A stretch of DNA of 64,000 nucleotides. Origin: an uncultured Gemmatimonadales bacterium (lineage in GTDB: Bacteria > Gemmatimonadota > Gemmatimonadetes > Gemmatimonadales > Gemmatimonadaceae). A program made the position numbers and the translations under genes. Shown here piece by piece: positions 1-10,083 of this stretch (positions are counted from its first letter, which is position 1; each line of letters opens with the position of its first letter). The notes beneath the pieces were generated by a model. The model did not search any database. It was not told where the DNA came from and was given only the letters and a program-made list of their open reading frames with translations. The DNA lies in contig CAVPQB010000003.1 of the NCBI GenBank assembly GCA_963707505.1, positions 576,001-640,000 on the forward strand, read 5' to 3'.

Positions 1-983
1 AACGGCTCGAAAATGCTGTTCAGGTTCGCAGGCGGGATGCCAATCCCGGAATCCGCCACCATTACGCGAACCGTTGCGCCGCCGTCATCGTAGGCCGCGC
101 CAATTCGCACGTGACCGCCCCGGAGTGTGAACTTCATCGCGTTGGTGAGGAGATTGATGAGCACCTGCTGCACCTTCTCCCGATCGGCTCGCGCGACCAC
201 GTTTTCGGGCACGGACGATTTCAGAGTCAGCCCGGCGGTATTCATCTGCGGATCGACCATCGGAATCACGCTTGCGACGACATCGGCCAGCGGCACGTCC
301 TCCCGCAGATACTCCACGCGTCCCGCCTCGATCCGCGCTGTGTTGAGAATATCATTGATGAGCCGCAGCAGGTGCCGCTGACTGCGGTTGACGCGATCCA
401 GCGCGCCACGCTGTGCATCGGTCACCGGACCGTGAATACCCAGCTCGATGAGTTGAACGTAACCTCCGATTGCATTGAGCGGAGTGCGCAGCTCGTGACT
501 CATCGTCGTCAGGAATCGAGTCTTGGCCTGATTCGCTTCGTCAGCGACTACGATCGCACGACGCAGCTCGTCGGTGCGCGCGGCAAGCGTAGCTGTCATC
601 GCCTCGGCGTCCCGTCTCGCTTTGAGGAGCTCGTCCTCGTACTTGCGGCGCTCGCGCACCTCCATCAACACGCAATCGTTGCTGAATGCGCCGCCACGCT
701 CCTGGCGCACCGCGTTGACCAGCGCGCCCATGTCATTTCCATCGCGGGTGCAAAACGGCAGAAATATCTCGCTCGCCCTTCCCTGCAACTTGAGCATCGG
801 GAAGAGATGCGTCTGAACGAAGATCCGTCCCGGAACGGTGAGCAGGCTCTCGAACCGTTTACCGCCGAGCTCCCCGGCGGGATAGCCGAGCAGGTTGGTG
901 AGCGTGGCGTTCGCGAACGTGATTATTCCATCGTCCGTGAACGACACCACGCCACAGGGCAGCGTGTTCAGTAGCTCATCCAC
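1..983 (-). CDS. PAS (RsbP-type) sensor histidine kinase, runs off the window
   Basis: Not in the ORF track; translated by hand from GTG 983 (GGAG upstream). MDELLNTLPCGVVSFTDDG...GRIFVQTHLFPMLKLQG resembles the RsbP PAS. It also has H-box MSHELRTPLNAI, N-box QVLINLLTNAMKFT and G1 VADSGIGIP. No stop before position 1. Confidence 0.9.
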   Translation of the reverse strand, partial: MDELLNTLPCGVVSFTDDGIITFANATLTNLLGYPAGELGGKRFESLLTVPGRIFVQTHLFPMLKLQGRASEIFLPFCTRDGNDMGALVNAVRQERGGAFSNDCVLMEVRERRKYEDELLKARRDAEAMTATLAARTDELRRAIVVADEANQAKTRFLTTMSHELRTPLNAIGGYVQLIELGIHGPVTDAQRGALDRVNRSQRHLLRLINDILNTARIEAGRVEYLREDVPLADVVASVIPMVDPQMNTAGLTLKSSVPENVVARADREKVQQVLINLLTNAMKFTLRGGHVRIGAAYDDGGATVRVMVADSGIGIPPANLNSIFEP

Positions 984-1010
984 CGTCCAGCTCCGGCTTC
1001 GGAAGAGGTA

Positions 1011-1826
1011 TCAACGTGCAACCGCTACTGTTAGATACTCCTTGATGAGCTGAATAGTTTCTTCCGGAGCGCTCATGTGTGGACAGTGTCCCGTAGCCCG
1101 CATCGTACGGAGCGTACTGTCAGGAAGGTTGCGATGTAGATACTCTCCGACTTCCTGCGGTGCGATGATGTCTTCGGAGCACTGAAGAATCAGGGACGGT
1201 ACTCGCACGCCCGCAAGATCGGCACGATTGTCCGCGAAGAAGGTGGCCTCGGCGAATTGCCTCGCGACAACCGGATCCGTCGAGCAGAAACTTTCCGTCA
1301 GCTCGTCCGCGAGCTCCGGGTGATCTGGATTCTTCATGATGGCTGGCGCGAGATAATTCGCCCAGCCGATATAATTCCTGTCCATGGTCTCGAGCAACCC
1401 GTCGATGTCCGAGCGCTCGAAGCCGCCGACGTAATCGGGTGCGTCATTGATGTAGCGTGGAGACGGCCCGACAAGGATAAGGTCGGAGAAAAGGTGAGGC
1501 TCTGCATTCGCCGCGATTACTCCGATCATCGAGCTCACCGAGTGACCAACGAATATCACGTCGTGCAGATCCAGTACGTGACAGACGTCGAGCACATCAC
1601 GCGCGTAGCCGCTCAGGGTCGAGTAACGCTCGCTGTCGTACGCGGCCATGTCGGATTTGCCCGAGCCAACGTAATCGAACAGCACTATGCGGTAGTCATC
1701 CTCGAACGCTGGCGTGACATAACGCCACATGTTCTGGTCGCACCCGAAGCCATGCGCGAATAGCATTGTTCGAGTGCCACACCCTGAAACCTTCACGTTG
1801 TTTCTGGCGATTATGTCTTGCGGCAT
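1011..1826 (-). CDS. rsbQ: RsbQ-family alpha/beta hydrolase (KAI2/D14-like)
   Basis: Motifs AHGFGCDQNMW, GHSVSSMIG, SPRYIND and GHCPHMSAP are typical of RsbQ. Confidence 0.9.
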   Translation of the reverse strand: MPQDIIARNNVKVSGCGTRTMLFAHGFGCDQNMWRYVTPAFEDDYRIVLFDYVGSGKSDMAAYDSERYSTLSGYARDVLDVCHVLDLHDVIFVGHSVSSMIGVIAANAEPHLFSDLILVGPSPRYINDAPDYVGGFERSDIDGLLETMDRNYIGWANYLAPAIMKNPDHPELADELTESFCSTDPVVARQFAEATFFADNRADLAGVRVPSLILQCSEDIIAPQEVGEYLHRNLPDSTLRTMRATGHCPHMSAPEETIQLIKEYLTVAVAR

Positions 1827-2017
1827 ATGGGTACGGAATCGAGAATGATGGTGCTGGATCGATGGCCTACGGCAGCGAGCCGGGCGACGGAGGACAGTGA
1901 CAGTCCGACGGGCAGGTCATAAATTAGGTCCGGATAGTGTGCCGCCCGCCGCTCAGCCGGGTTGCAAGGCGCGCACCATCTGGCGCCGAATCCCCTGGCC
2001 CGGTCGACTTCACAGAC

Positions 2018-2908
2018 ATGCCCATAGAAAATATCTCCGATACCGCCCGCTGGGTCGCCGTTTACCGAGCGATGGAATCCGCACGCCGCGACGCGCTGTT
2101 CAACGATCCATTCGCTGCTCGCCTGGCGGGCACGCGGGGCACGCAGATCGTCAGGGAGCTCAAGCGCGGCAGGTCGCTCGCGTGGCCCATGATCGTGCGT
2201 ACTGCCGTGTTCGACGAAATGATCATGGCTCGCGTTGCGAAGGACGGTATCGACACGGTCGTCAATCTTGCGGCCGGACTGGACACGCGGCCGTGGCGAA
2301 TGCGACTACCTCAAACGCTCCGCTGGATCGATGTCGATCTACCAGGTATCACGGATTACAAGGCGAACGCGATGCGCGGCGAGAAACCCGTCTGTACATA
2401 CGAGGCGATTGCGACAGATCTCACCGATGCATCGGAGCGTGTCGCGTTGTTCGCGCGCATCGACGGCGAGAGCAAGAGGGCGCTCGTAATCACCGAGGGT
2501 CTGTTGATCTATCTCACCGCAGAGCAGGTTGCCTCGCTTGCGCGCGACATTCACTCGATGCAGTGCGCTAGAGCGTGGCTGTTCGATCTGGCGAGTGAGC
2601 GGCTGCTACCCATAATGAACCGCCACTGGGGGCGCGCAGTCACCGCCGGCAATGCTCCGTTTCAGTTCGCGCCTGCGGAGGGAACCGCATTCTTCGAACG
2701 GTTCGGCTGGCGCGAAGTCGAATTCCGTTCCGGGCTCGACGAAGCTCATCGTCTGCGTCGCGAGATGCGCATGGCGCCGCTCTGGCGGCTTCTGTCCAGA
2801 TTCGGCCCGCCGGAACGACGCGAGGAATTCCGGCGCATGTCAGGTTACGTAATGCTCGAACGCACAAATCATAACGCCGATCAGAATTCGATACCGATTC
2901 CGCTCTGA
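2018..2908 (+). CDS. class I SAM-dependent methyltransferase (LCM-like family)
   Basis: TARWVAVYRA, DPFAARLAG, VVNLAAGLDTRPWR and ITEGLLIYL motifs. ATG 2018 preferred over GTG 1937. Confidence 0.85.
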   Translation: MPIENISDTARWVAVYRAMESARRDALFNDPFAARLAGTRGTQIVRELKRGRSLAWPMIVRTAVFDEMIMARVAKDGIDTVVNLAAGLDTRPWRMRLPQTLRWIDVDLPGITDYKANAMRGEKPVCTYEAIATDLTDASERVALFARIDGESKRALVITEGLLIYLTAEQVASLARDIHSMQCARAWLFDLASERLLPIMNRHWGRAVTAGNAPFQFAPAEGTAFFERFGWREVEFRSGLDEAHRLRREMRMAPLWRLLSRFGPPERREEFRRMSGYVMLERTNHNADQNSIPIPL

Positions 2909-3954
2909 ATCGTTGTATCGGATTTCTTGACCTTCACTTGCGGCTTGGTGTCGTACCTGCTTGCGATACCGATCTTGAGTGCGAGCGACTTCGACAACGG
3001 TGCTGAGAGATTGAAGTCCGAATTGACACGGTAGTGGCCTGGTGGGCCGGTGATGTCAGGGAATACCGCGATCTGCTGGTCGGATCTCGTCCCACCGAAT
3101 ACCTGCCGTGCGGCGAGTCGGAGAACGCCACCGATGCGTGTATAACTGGGCAGGTCGGTCGGTTCTTCGTTTGTGATGCCGGTTCCTATTTCGAGCGCAA
3201 TGTTGTTGTGCGGGTTGCGCGACAGGGGTACCGATACGCCGGTATTTTCCACCGTGCGACGCGCAATCTGCGCGAATGGATCCTGCTCATATACAGCTTC
3301 CGAGAAGAACGACGGACGCGCTGCTGCGGCTGAATCGTTCGGCCCCAACGCGAGATCGTAACGCAGCGTCGCGGAGAGAAAGTTCTCTGTCGCAGATCCT
3401 TCCTGGCTGCCGAATTCGCGCTTGCCGCTGAGCGCGATCTGCGTCCTGTCGGTGCGCCGCGCAACGGCCCCCGTGAAGCCCATGTTGCTGACGTTGGCGT
3501 TGCCACGTGTGAGCAGATACGTGGCTCCGAGTGACCGCTTCCAGCCCACGTGAGATACGTACGTCGGAAGAGCGCGCGCGGCGAGCGGAATCGCCTGCTT
3601 CGCGTGAGCCAGCTTCTCGAGTGACACCCTGCGCGTGGGCGCCACCGTCGGAATCGTGATTGGGGGACCGACCACGGCTACGGTCGTCGTGGGAAATTCG
3701 GGCAGCGGTGCGAGCGCGAGCGTACCGAGGCGGCGAAGTGCCGTGCTGTCGCTCGATTCGCAGACCGCGACAGCGCTCCGTTTGAGAGAGAGGCGGCCGA
3801 GGGATTTATGGGTGATGCGGACTCTCGTTTTGGAGACCGATACCAGAGTCCCACTCAGACGGTCGCCGTTGGCGAGATAGCAGGTGACTGGGGGGCGTTT
3901 GGGCTGCGCGTGGCTGGCAAGGCCAGCGACGACAAGCAGTGCTGAGACGAACAT
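2881..3954 (-). CDS. DUF481-like outer-membrane beta-barrel protein
   Basis: Signal peptide, N-terminal LANGDRLSG motif, alternating beta-strand pattern, C-terminal GIGIEF (terminal Phe). Confidence 0.7.
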   Translation of the reverse strand: MFVSALLVVAGLASHAQPKRPPVTCYLANGDRLSGTLVSVSKTRVRITHKSLGRLSLKRSAVAVCESSDSTALRRLGTLALAPLPEFPTTTVAVVGPPITIPTVAPTRRVSLEKLAHAKQAIPLAARALPTYVSHVGWKRSLGATYLLTRGNANVSNMGFTGAVARRTDRTQIALSGKREFGSQEGSATENFLSATLRYDLALGPNDSAAAARPSFFSEAVYEQDPFAQIARRTVENTGVSVPLSRNPHNNIALEIGTGITNEEPTDLPSYTRIGGVLRLAARQVFGGTRSDQQIAVFPDITGPPGHYRVNSDFNLSAPLSKSLALKIGIASRYDTKPQVKVKKSDTTIQSGIGIEF

Positions 3955-4087
3955 GGCAGTGGGACAAAGTCAACCGATGCACTGGCATCGAGGCGATCTG
4001 CAAGCTACACCCTCGTCGCGGCCAGCACAGGCTCCGCCGGAGAGTCAGTCAGACGCTAATCGAACGCTAATTGAGCGTGAGTTGAGG

Positions 4088-4142
4088 GTTAGTTGAGCGT
4101 TGGTTGAGCGTTGGTTGAGCGTTGGTTGAGCGTTAGTTGAGC
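4088..4142. repeat. 11-bp tandem repeat GTT(A/G)GTTGAGC x5
   Basis: Five exact-period copies, with degenerate copies upstream from about 4066. The last copy contains the stop codon of the 4133-4459 gene. Confidence 0.95.
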
Positions 4143-4459
4143 AGTCGGGCGGCCGTCAGAGTCCAGCTGCTATCTGCGGCGGGCTTGAGGAGGCAGGCGA
4201 AGTTTCGCTCACCCGACGCGGTCGACACGGTGCCCGTTACGCCGGCTCCGCCCAGAGAATCGTAGTAGACATGCTCTGCGTCGGTGCTGAACCTGGCCGT
4301 GGCGCGGGATGCCAGCTGGTCGCGCACTGCGTCCTCACATGTGTGCTGCGCCAGTATGCGTCGCTGGTCGCGCTCATCCTGGCCTGACGGGCCGCATGCG
4401 ACCGCCAATCCAGCAATTCCAAGGATGACGATGAAAAAGTACCCACGCGACCGCGCCAT
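4133..4459 (-). CDS. hypothetical lipoprotein
   Basis: GGAG RBS, hydrophobic signal ending in lipobox AVAC, two further Cys. Confidence 0.7.
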   Translation of the reverse strand: MARSRGYFFIVILGIAGLAVACGPSGQDERDQRRILAQHTCEDAVRDQLASRATARFSTDAEHVYYDSLGGAGVTGTVSTASGERNFACLLKPAADSSWTLTAARLLN

Positions 4460-4551
4460 CGCGCCTCCGTTGGGGCAGTTAGACAGCGGCGCGGTGGCCG
4501 CGATGATGCTTTGAACTGACGATCAACCGGTCCGCCGGTAACAATTATGAG

Positions 4552-4782
4552 CTAGAGCACGGCGTCTGCATCAGGATTCCGGATCGCCGCCCGCCGGTTT
4601 CCCCACCCCTTTGCCCTCCGGTTTGCCCACCTTTCGCCGATTCTGGCCACCACCACGGGAACAACTGCGCTACCTATGGTTACCACCGCATATCGCAGCA
4701 GCGGATTCGGGATTATCCTTGCCAGGCGGCGCGCGGTTCGACGACTGATTAGGACGGCGGTTACCGATCGGAGAATTAGCAA
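4552..4782 (-). CDS. small hypothetical membrane protein
   Basis: 76-aa ORF with one hydrophobic segment. Start uncertain. Confidence 0.4.
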   Translation of the reverse strand: MLILRSVTAVLISRRTARRLARIIPNPLLRYAVVTIGSAVVPVVVARIGERWANRRAKGWGNRRAAIRNPDADAVL

Positions 4783-4874
4783 TGTTGATGGGCTGGGGTA
4801 ATCAGTTCCGAGCGCAAGGGCCGTTCCGTTCCCGAGTTCGCCGGGGCAGCGCCGGTGTCACACGCTTCCATCGC

Positions 4875-6389
4875 ATGGTACGCGTGGTGCTGGTGGGGGC
4901 CGTTTGTATTATCCCGGGCCTGACCTGCGGCGGCGATTCAGGCACAGGACCACGCACTTTGAAGGCGCCGCCTCCGCTCGCAGTCATCAAGTTCGATCGG
5001 GCGGTGGATTCGGTCGCGCTGCAAAGTACGAGCACCATCGTCGCGACTTTCTTCGACTCGGCAGGATCGCCAGTTGTGCCGACATCGCTCTCGTGGCGCG
5101 TCGCTGATTCGACGATCGCGTCAGTATCGAGCGCTGGCGTGGTCACCGGAATACACGCGGGATCAACGACTGTAACATTGATCGCGGACGGTGTGTCAGC
5201 GTCGCTTCCGGTATTGGTGACTCCCGCCGCATCGCGCGTCAGGGTCACGCCCGGCGTGCTCGATCTGGGCGTCGGACATACGATCGCAACGCAGGCATTG
5301 TCATTCTCCGCGACCGGCGACACGCTGCACGGCAGAAGCTACACGTACTCCATCGACAAGGCGGCCGTCGCATCGGTCACTTCGTCGGGCGTCGTGCAGG
5401 GCATCTCGGCGGGTACCGCGACGCTCACGGTGACTTCTGGAGCTGCCTCGGTCAGCGTCCCGATCTCAGTTGCCACGCTCGGAATTGCGGGCTTCAGGAT
5501 CGACCTCCGATTCGTCGGAAATGTCTCATCCACGGTGAAACAGGCAGCAGCGGCCGCTGCGCAACGATGGGAAACCGTAATCTCTGCGCCGCTCATCCCG
5601 TACCACGTAATTACGACGGCGAACCTTTGCGGCGCAGGAATCCCCGCAGTCGATACGATCGAAACGAGCATGATGATCGTCATTCAGTCGGACTCGATCG
5701 ACGGACGATCGAATACGGTCGGACTCGGCGGCCCATGCATAATTCGCGACGACGCGCCGCAGTTCACTGCACTCGGCACCATCACCGTCGATTCCGCCGA
5801 TGTCACTTCGTTGAGCCAGCAGGGGCTTCTAGTTGCAATGTTGACTCACGAGATGGGCCACGTGCTGGGAATCGGAACTCTGTGGTCCGATGGTACAGTT
5901 CGGGATTCGGTGACGTACTTTCCGAATACAGCAGCAGGTCTTGGCGGACCCGACCCTGTCTTCATCGGCCACGCGGCGAGAGTCGCATCCGCGGAGCTTG
6001 GCTTCACCGCCGATTCGTCGCTCGGCGTTCCGATCGAGAACTCGGGCGGCGATGGAACGCGCGACGGCCACTGGCGCGCGACTGTATTTGGCCACGAGCT
6101 GATGACAGGCACACTTCACAACGGACTGGATCCGCTGAGTCTGGTGACCATCGAGGCGCTCGCAGACTTTGGCTATACTGTGGTCCCGGAGGCGGCTGAC
6201 GATTTGACCGCCGCGAATGCGTTCAACCCCAACGTCCCGGTCTCGCCCTCCGCGAGCATCAACGTGCCTTCCGCCGCATCCGCGGGCACGACGATCAAGG
6301 AGCGACTCCTCTTCCCGCGATTCACAGTGTCCCGCAGTGGCAACCTGCACCGGATTCGTGGATCGTCCGGACCTGCGGCGCCCAAGTGA
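4875..6389 (+). CDS. Ig-like (Big_2 x2) lipoprotein with leishmanolysin/M8-like zinc metalloprotease domain
   Basis: Two repeats of (I/V)ASV(S/T)S(A/S)GVV.G..AG..T; HEXXH in THEMGHVLGIG; GHWR...HELMTG; lipobox-like GLTC. The ORF extends upstream to 4782. Confidence 0.8.
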   Translation: MVRVVLVGAVCIIPGLTCGGDSGTGPRTLKAPPPLAVIKFDRAVDSVALQSTSTIVATFFDSAGSPVVPTSLSWRVADSTIASVSSAGVVTGIHAGSTTVTLIADGVSASLPVLVTPAASRVRVTPGVLDLGVGHTIATQALSFSATGDTLHGRSYTYSIDKAAVASVTSSGVVQGISAGTATLTVTSGAASVSVPISVATLGIAGFRIDLRFVGNVSSTVKQAAAAAAQRWETVISAPLIPYHVITTANLCGAGIPAVDTIETSMMIVIQSDSIDGRSNTVGLGGPCIIRDDAPQFTALGTITVDSADVTSLSQQGLLVAMLTHEMGHVLGIGTLWSDGTVRDSVTYFPNTAAGLGGPDPVFIGHAARVASAELGFTADSSLGVPIENSGGDGTRDGHWRATVFGHELMTGTLHNGLDPLSLVTIEALADFGYTVVPEAADDLTAANAFNPNVPVSPSASINVPSAASAGTTIKERLLFPRFTVSRSGNLHRIRGSSGPAAPK

Positions 6390-6396
6390 AGAAGCG

Positions 6397-6432
6397 CGCG
6401 ATGATGCACGCGACGATGTACGCGACGATGTA
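6397..6432. repeat. 12-bp tandem repeat CGCGA(T/C)GATG(C/T)A x3
   Basis: Read directly, just after the stop codon at 6389. Confidence 0.85.
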
Positions 6433-6495
6433 GCCGGCTTGACGTGATCGGGGTATGTGGCTCTCTTTCGCACACCCCGAACCGGAGAGCGACAC

Positions 6496-7956
6496 GTGTC
6501 ACGGCAACTTCATTCGTTACTGATCACACTCGGCCTGCTGGCGGCGCCGAGTGTGATGCGCTCGCAGATCAGCGGCGCTGAATTCGCAGCGAGGCGCGAT
6601 TCGCTCGCGACACACGTCGGCGATGGCGTCGTGATAGCATTCGGCGGGAGAACACCGGTTACCGATTTCGGGCCGTTCTACCAGCTCCCTGCCTTCCACT
6701 ACCTCACGAACTTCGACGAGGCCGACGCTGCGTTCGTCATGGTCGTACGCGACGGACACGCGACCAGCAGCACGTTGTTTCTCACGCCGATCGATCCGCG
6801 CACTGCATTCTACTACGGACGGCGGCCGGACTCGGCGAGTGTAACGAGCACGCTGGGAGTCAGTGCGCGATCGTTCAGCGCGCTTGGTACGATCGCAGAC
6901 TCGCTCGCGAAGTCCGGACTACCCGTCTACACGCTGGCAGACTTCGCAGACGCGGATTTCGCGCGACAGGACTCGCTCACGCGCGGACGCATGTTCGTTC
7001 GCACGCTGGTCGCAAACCATCCGGGACTCGTGGTGAAGGATGCGCATCCGATCGTCGATGCACTGCGCGCACGCAAGAGTCCGGCTGAGATCGCGCTGCT
7101 CAAGCGCGCCGCAGAGATCAGCTCCGCGGGGCACGTCGCGGTACTGCACATTCCCGAGCCACGCCACGAATACGAGCTCAAGGCCGCGCTCGAAAACACT
7201 TTCACGAGGCTGGGTGGATCGCGGCCCGCGTATGGATCGATCGTAGGTGCTGGACGGAGCGGCACTCAATTGCACTACATGCTCGACAGCGGCTCTGCAC
7301 GACCGGGGGATCTCGTAGTGATGGATGCGGCGACCGAATATCAGGGTTACGCGGCCGACGTCACGCGTACGATTCCCGTGAGTGGGAAGTTCACTGCGGA
7401 CCAGCGAGTCATCTATCAGCTCGTGCGCGATGCACAGGCGGCTGCGGAGCGCAATTCAAAGCCGGGAATGTCCGCCGCGGCGGCAACCGATTCTTCAGTT
7501 GCAATCCGTGCAGCCGGTCTCGCAAAGCTCGGGTTGATCGAAAGCGTCGACGCAATGTTCGATCCGCCGTGGAAGGTGGACTGCACCGCTGCCCCCGCGC
7601 AGTGCAGACAGTCCATGCTCTGGATGATTCACGGAATCAGTCACGGGCTCGGACTCGCGGTACACGATCCGGCGCAATATTACAGCGGCGAAAAGAAGTT
7701 CATGAAGGGCGACGCATTCACGATCGAGCCCGGCATTTACATAAGCACAGCGGCGCTGGACGTTCTTCCTGACACACCGAGGAACCGAGCCTTCGTCGCG
7801 CACGTGCGCGCGGCCGTCGAGCGTTACAACAATACCGGAGTTCGCATCGAGGACGACTACGTGATAACCGATCGCGGCCTGGAGCGAATGAGCAGCGCGC
7901 CGCGGGAGATCAGCGAGATCGAGAGCATCATGAAGACGCGGCCCGCGAGGAAATAG
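6496..7956 (+). CDS. secreted Xaa-Pro aminopeptidase (M24B)
   Basis: GTG 6496 with GGAG RBS and a signal peptide. Metal-ligand motifs VMDAA, YAADVTRT, HGISHGLGLAVHD, TIEPGIY and GVRIEDD. Confidence 0.9.
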   Translation: MSRQLHSLLITLGLLAAPSVMRSQISGAEFAARRDSLATHVGDGVVIAFGGRTPVTDFGPFYQLPAFHYLTNFDEADAAFVMVVRDGHATSSTLFLTPIDPRTAFYYGRRPDSASVTSTLGVSARSFSALGTIADSLAKSGLPVYTLADFADADFARQDSLTRGRMFVRTLVANHPGLVVKDAHPIVDALRARKSPAEIALLKRAAEISSAGHVAVLHIPEPRHEYELKAALENTFTRLGGSRPAYGSIVGAGRSGTQLHYMLDSGSARPGDLVVMDAATEYQGYAADVTRTIPVSGKFTADQRVIYQLVRDAQAAAERNSKPGMSAAAATDSSVAIRAAGLAKLGLIESVDAMFDPPWKVDCTAAPAQCRQSMLWMIHGISHGLGLAVHDPAQYYSGEKKFMKGDAFTIEPGIYISTAALDVLPDTPRNRAFVAHVRAAVERYNNTGVRIEDDYVITDRGLERMSSAPREISEIESIMKTRPARK

Positions 7957-8088
7957 CCGCAGCCGCCCACGGCTGCTCCTCTACCGCTTACATGTTGCAT
8001 ACGCCGCTCGCCCTTGCCGGCGAGCGGCACAGAGCGAAGATTCGCGCGTACGCAAAAACCGTCCGATCCTTCACGCAAAGAGGGTACG

Positions 8089-8541
8089 ATGCGCACGAGC
8101 GGCCTGGTTGTCCTGGTTGGAATTGCGGCGACGTCAGTGTCGATGGCGTGTGCCGCAGCGGGCGTGCACAGGAGTGACGCAACGCCCAGTGGGACTATCA
8201 CTATCACGAAGGAACAGGTCGAGCGGTCGGCCGCCACAAATGCATGGGAAGTGCTGAAGAACGAAGTGCGCCGATACACGTACAAGGAAGACCGGTCGGG
8301 CAGGCCTCTGCGAATCGTCGCCCAGCGCGGGGTAAGCTCGATGATACTGTCCGACTCCGACGCGCCGATGGTGATCATCGACGGCGCGCGCCTGACCGAC
8401 GTTGCCGCGCTGGCCCAACTTCCAGCGAGCGCAATTGCCAGCATCGATATCCTGAGCGGAATCCGCGGCAGTGGATCGCAAGGCACGAATGCGTCAGCCG
8501 GCGTGATCTACATCCACACCCGCGAGGCGTCGTCTCCATAA
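8089..8541 (+). CDS. stand-alone TonB-dependent receptor plug-domain lipoprotein
   Basis: Lipobox SMAC; ITKEQV, PMVIIDG, IASIDILSG and GVIYIHTR plug motifs. Ends without a barrel. Confidence 0.75.
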   Translation: MRTSGLVVLVGIAATSVSMACAAAGVHRSDATPSGTITITKEQVERSAATNAWEVLKNEVRRYTYKEDRSGRPLRIVAQRGVSSMILSDSDAPMVIIDGARLTDVAALAQLPASAIASIDILSGIRGSGSQGTNASAGVIYIHTREASSP

Positions 8542-8556
8542 GATCGCGGACGTACG

Positions 8557-8606
8557 AAAGACTGGAGGGGGCAGGCTACGCATGTAGCCTGCCCCCTCCA
8601 GTCTTT
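8557..8606. terminator. bidirectional intrinsic terminator
   Basis: Perfect 23-bp inverted repeat AAAGACTGGAGGGGGCAGGCTAC-gcat-GTAGCCTGCCCCCTCCAGTCTTT between convergent genes. Confidence 0.85.
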
Positions 8607-8622
8607 TAGCTCATCAGCAGTT

Positions 8623-10083
8623 CTACGCCTGATTCTGCTTGCACGAACCCGCGACGTAACTCGGGTTGTTCTGCTCGGCCTGGGGTACCGGCGTGTTGAC
8701 GTCGGTACCGTAATTGCCGCCGTTGTGAACGTAGATCCCCGTCGGGAAAACCTGCTCCGCCCCAAGACCGTACTGGCGAATCAAGCGACGCATGTCGCCG
8801 AGGCGATGCGAGGTGAGATAGAGCCAGTATGCGCGCTCCTTGAAGAGCTGATCTCTCTGCGCACCAGCCGTTGCCTGAAGAGTCAGCGGCGGCAGCGAAC
8901 TGGCTGGATAGCCACGAAGCGCAAGCAACGCAGCGTTGCTGCGAAGCCCATTGAGGATCGCGAGCGCGTTGCTCGGGCTTCCACCCTTGAGTGCGGCTTC
9001 AGCCTCTATCAGGCGCGCTTCCACACCGTCTGCGACGACACTGGACGACGTGCGCAGCGGATACTTGGTCTGCACGAACTGCTTCGTGAAGCCGTCGAAG
9101 CCGAGCCCGGTGCCGGCGCGGACGCTATCGGCAACCCGTGGATCAGCGGCTGCACCCTTTGCCTTGAGATCGCCATCGCTGGCGTACGGTAGACCATTGG
9201 TGCCCTTGCGATCCGCCTCGCCGAAGCGAGCGACATTGGCCGTGAGTGCCCAGGTACCGTTGTTCTGGCCCGCGCTGGTCTGGGAGTGTGTATAGAGGTA
9301 CTGGAACGTGGTCGGAACGCCTGCGACCGCAGTTGCGGCGCCAGCGAAGTCGCCCTTATCCAGAAGTGCGCGACCCAGGCCGACTGCCGCAAGCGATTTG
9401 ACGCTTGCGGTGAGTGACGATCCGCCGCTCGCAGTCGCCTGATTGAACTTCGATATCGCGCTATCGGACAGTTGGTCGGTCGTCAGGCCAACGCCGAAGG
9501 TGAACGAGCCATCGGCGTTCTGGACGCTTGTCGGAACGGAGCCACAATAGTTTTCCGCGAACAACACGTAAACCATGCCGTTCAGCGCCAACGATTCCGC
9601 GTAGCCGGTGCTATCGGACTTGCTCTGCGCCAGCGACTTGAATGCGTTTACAGCGCGCTCCGCCGCGGCGCGCGCCTGGTTCAGGGTCAGGAACAACGGG
9701 CCGAGGCTCGTGTTGGTGATCGTCTGCGCGCGCTGATCCGACTCGATGCGCGTTGGGAACGTTTCGGTATTTATGAATTCATCCGATAGCGTGGCAGAAA
9801 GCTGAACCTGCTGCCAGTCTCCACCGGGACCGTCGAACGCGCTCCCGAAGGAGCCGACTGCACCCGCGTACAACGCCGGGAGCGCTGACGCGCCCGTGAA
9901 CGCACTCGGTCGTGCCACGTCCGGATCTGTTACCTGAAGGATCTTCTGTGTATCGCAAGCTGAAAGCGTGATCACAATGGCTAGAGCCATGAGTCGGGCT
10001 GGCCGACCCGTGATTCCACGCAAGACTGTTCCGATCTTCATGTGTTGTCTCGGCGAGAGGGTCGTTTTATCAGAAGTTGACAT
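8623..10083 (-). CDS. SusD/RagB-family outer-membrane lipoprotein
   Basis: Lipobox LSAC, EARLIEAEAAL, ERAYWLYLTSHRLGDMRR, P.P..E..NNP C-terminus; directly downstream of SusC. Alternative start at 10041. Confidence 0.85.
   Translation of the reverse strand: MSTSDKTTLSPRQHMKIGTVLRGITGRPARLMALAIVITLSACDTQKILQVTDPDVARPSAFTGASALPALYAGAVGSFGSAFDGPGGDWQQVQLSATLSDEFINTETFPTRIESDQRAQTITNTSLGPLFLTLNQARAAAERAVNAFKSLAQSKSDSTGYAESLALNGMVYVLFAENYCGSVPTSVQNADGSFTFGVGLTTDQLSDSAISKFNQATASGGSSLTASVKSLAAVGLGRALLDKGDFAGAATAVAGVPTTFQYLYTHSQTSAGQNNGTWALTANVARFGEADRKGTNGLPYASDGDLKAKGAAADPRVADSVRAGTGLGFDGFTKQFVQTKYPLRTSSSVVADGVEARLIEAEAALKGGSPSNALAILNGLRSNAALLALRGYPASSLPPLTLQATAGAQRDQLFKERAYWLYLTSHRLGDMRRLIRQYGLGAEQVFPTGIYVHNGGNYGTDVNTPVPQAEQNNPSYVAGSCKQNQA

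Noticed and set aside
111..974. 287-aa plus-strand ORF
   Set aside because: Antisense shadow of the minus-strand PAS histidine kinase, which has clear conserved motifs.
4088..4142. Repeat as iteron/origin or CRISPR
   Set aside because: No spacers, no rep or cas gene, and the unit derives from the 3' end of the adjacent gene.
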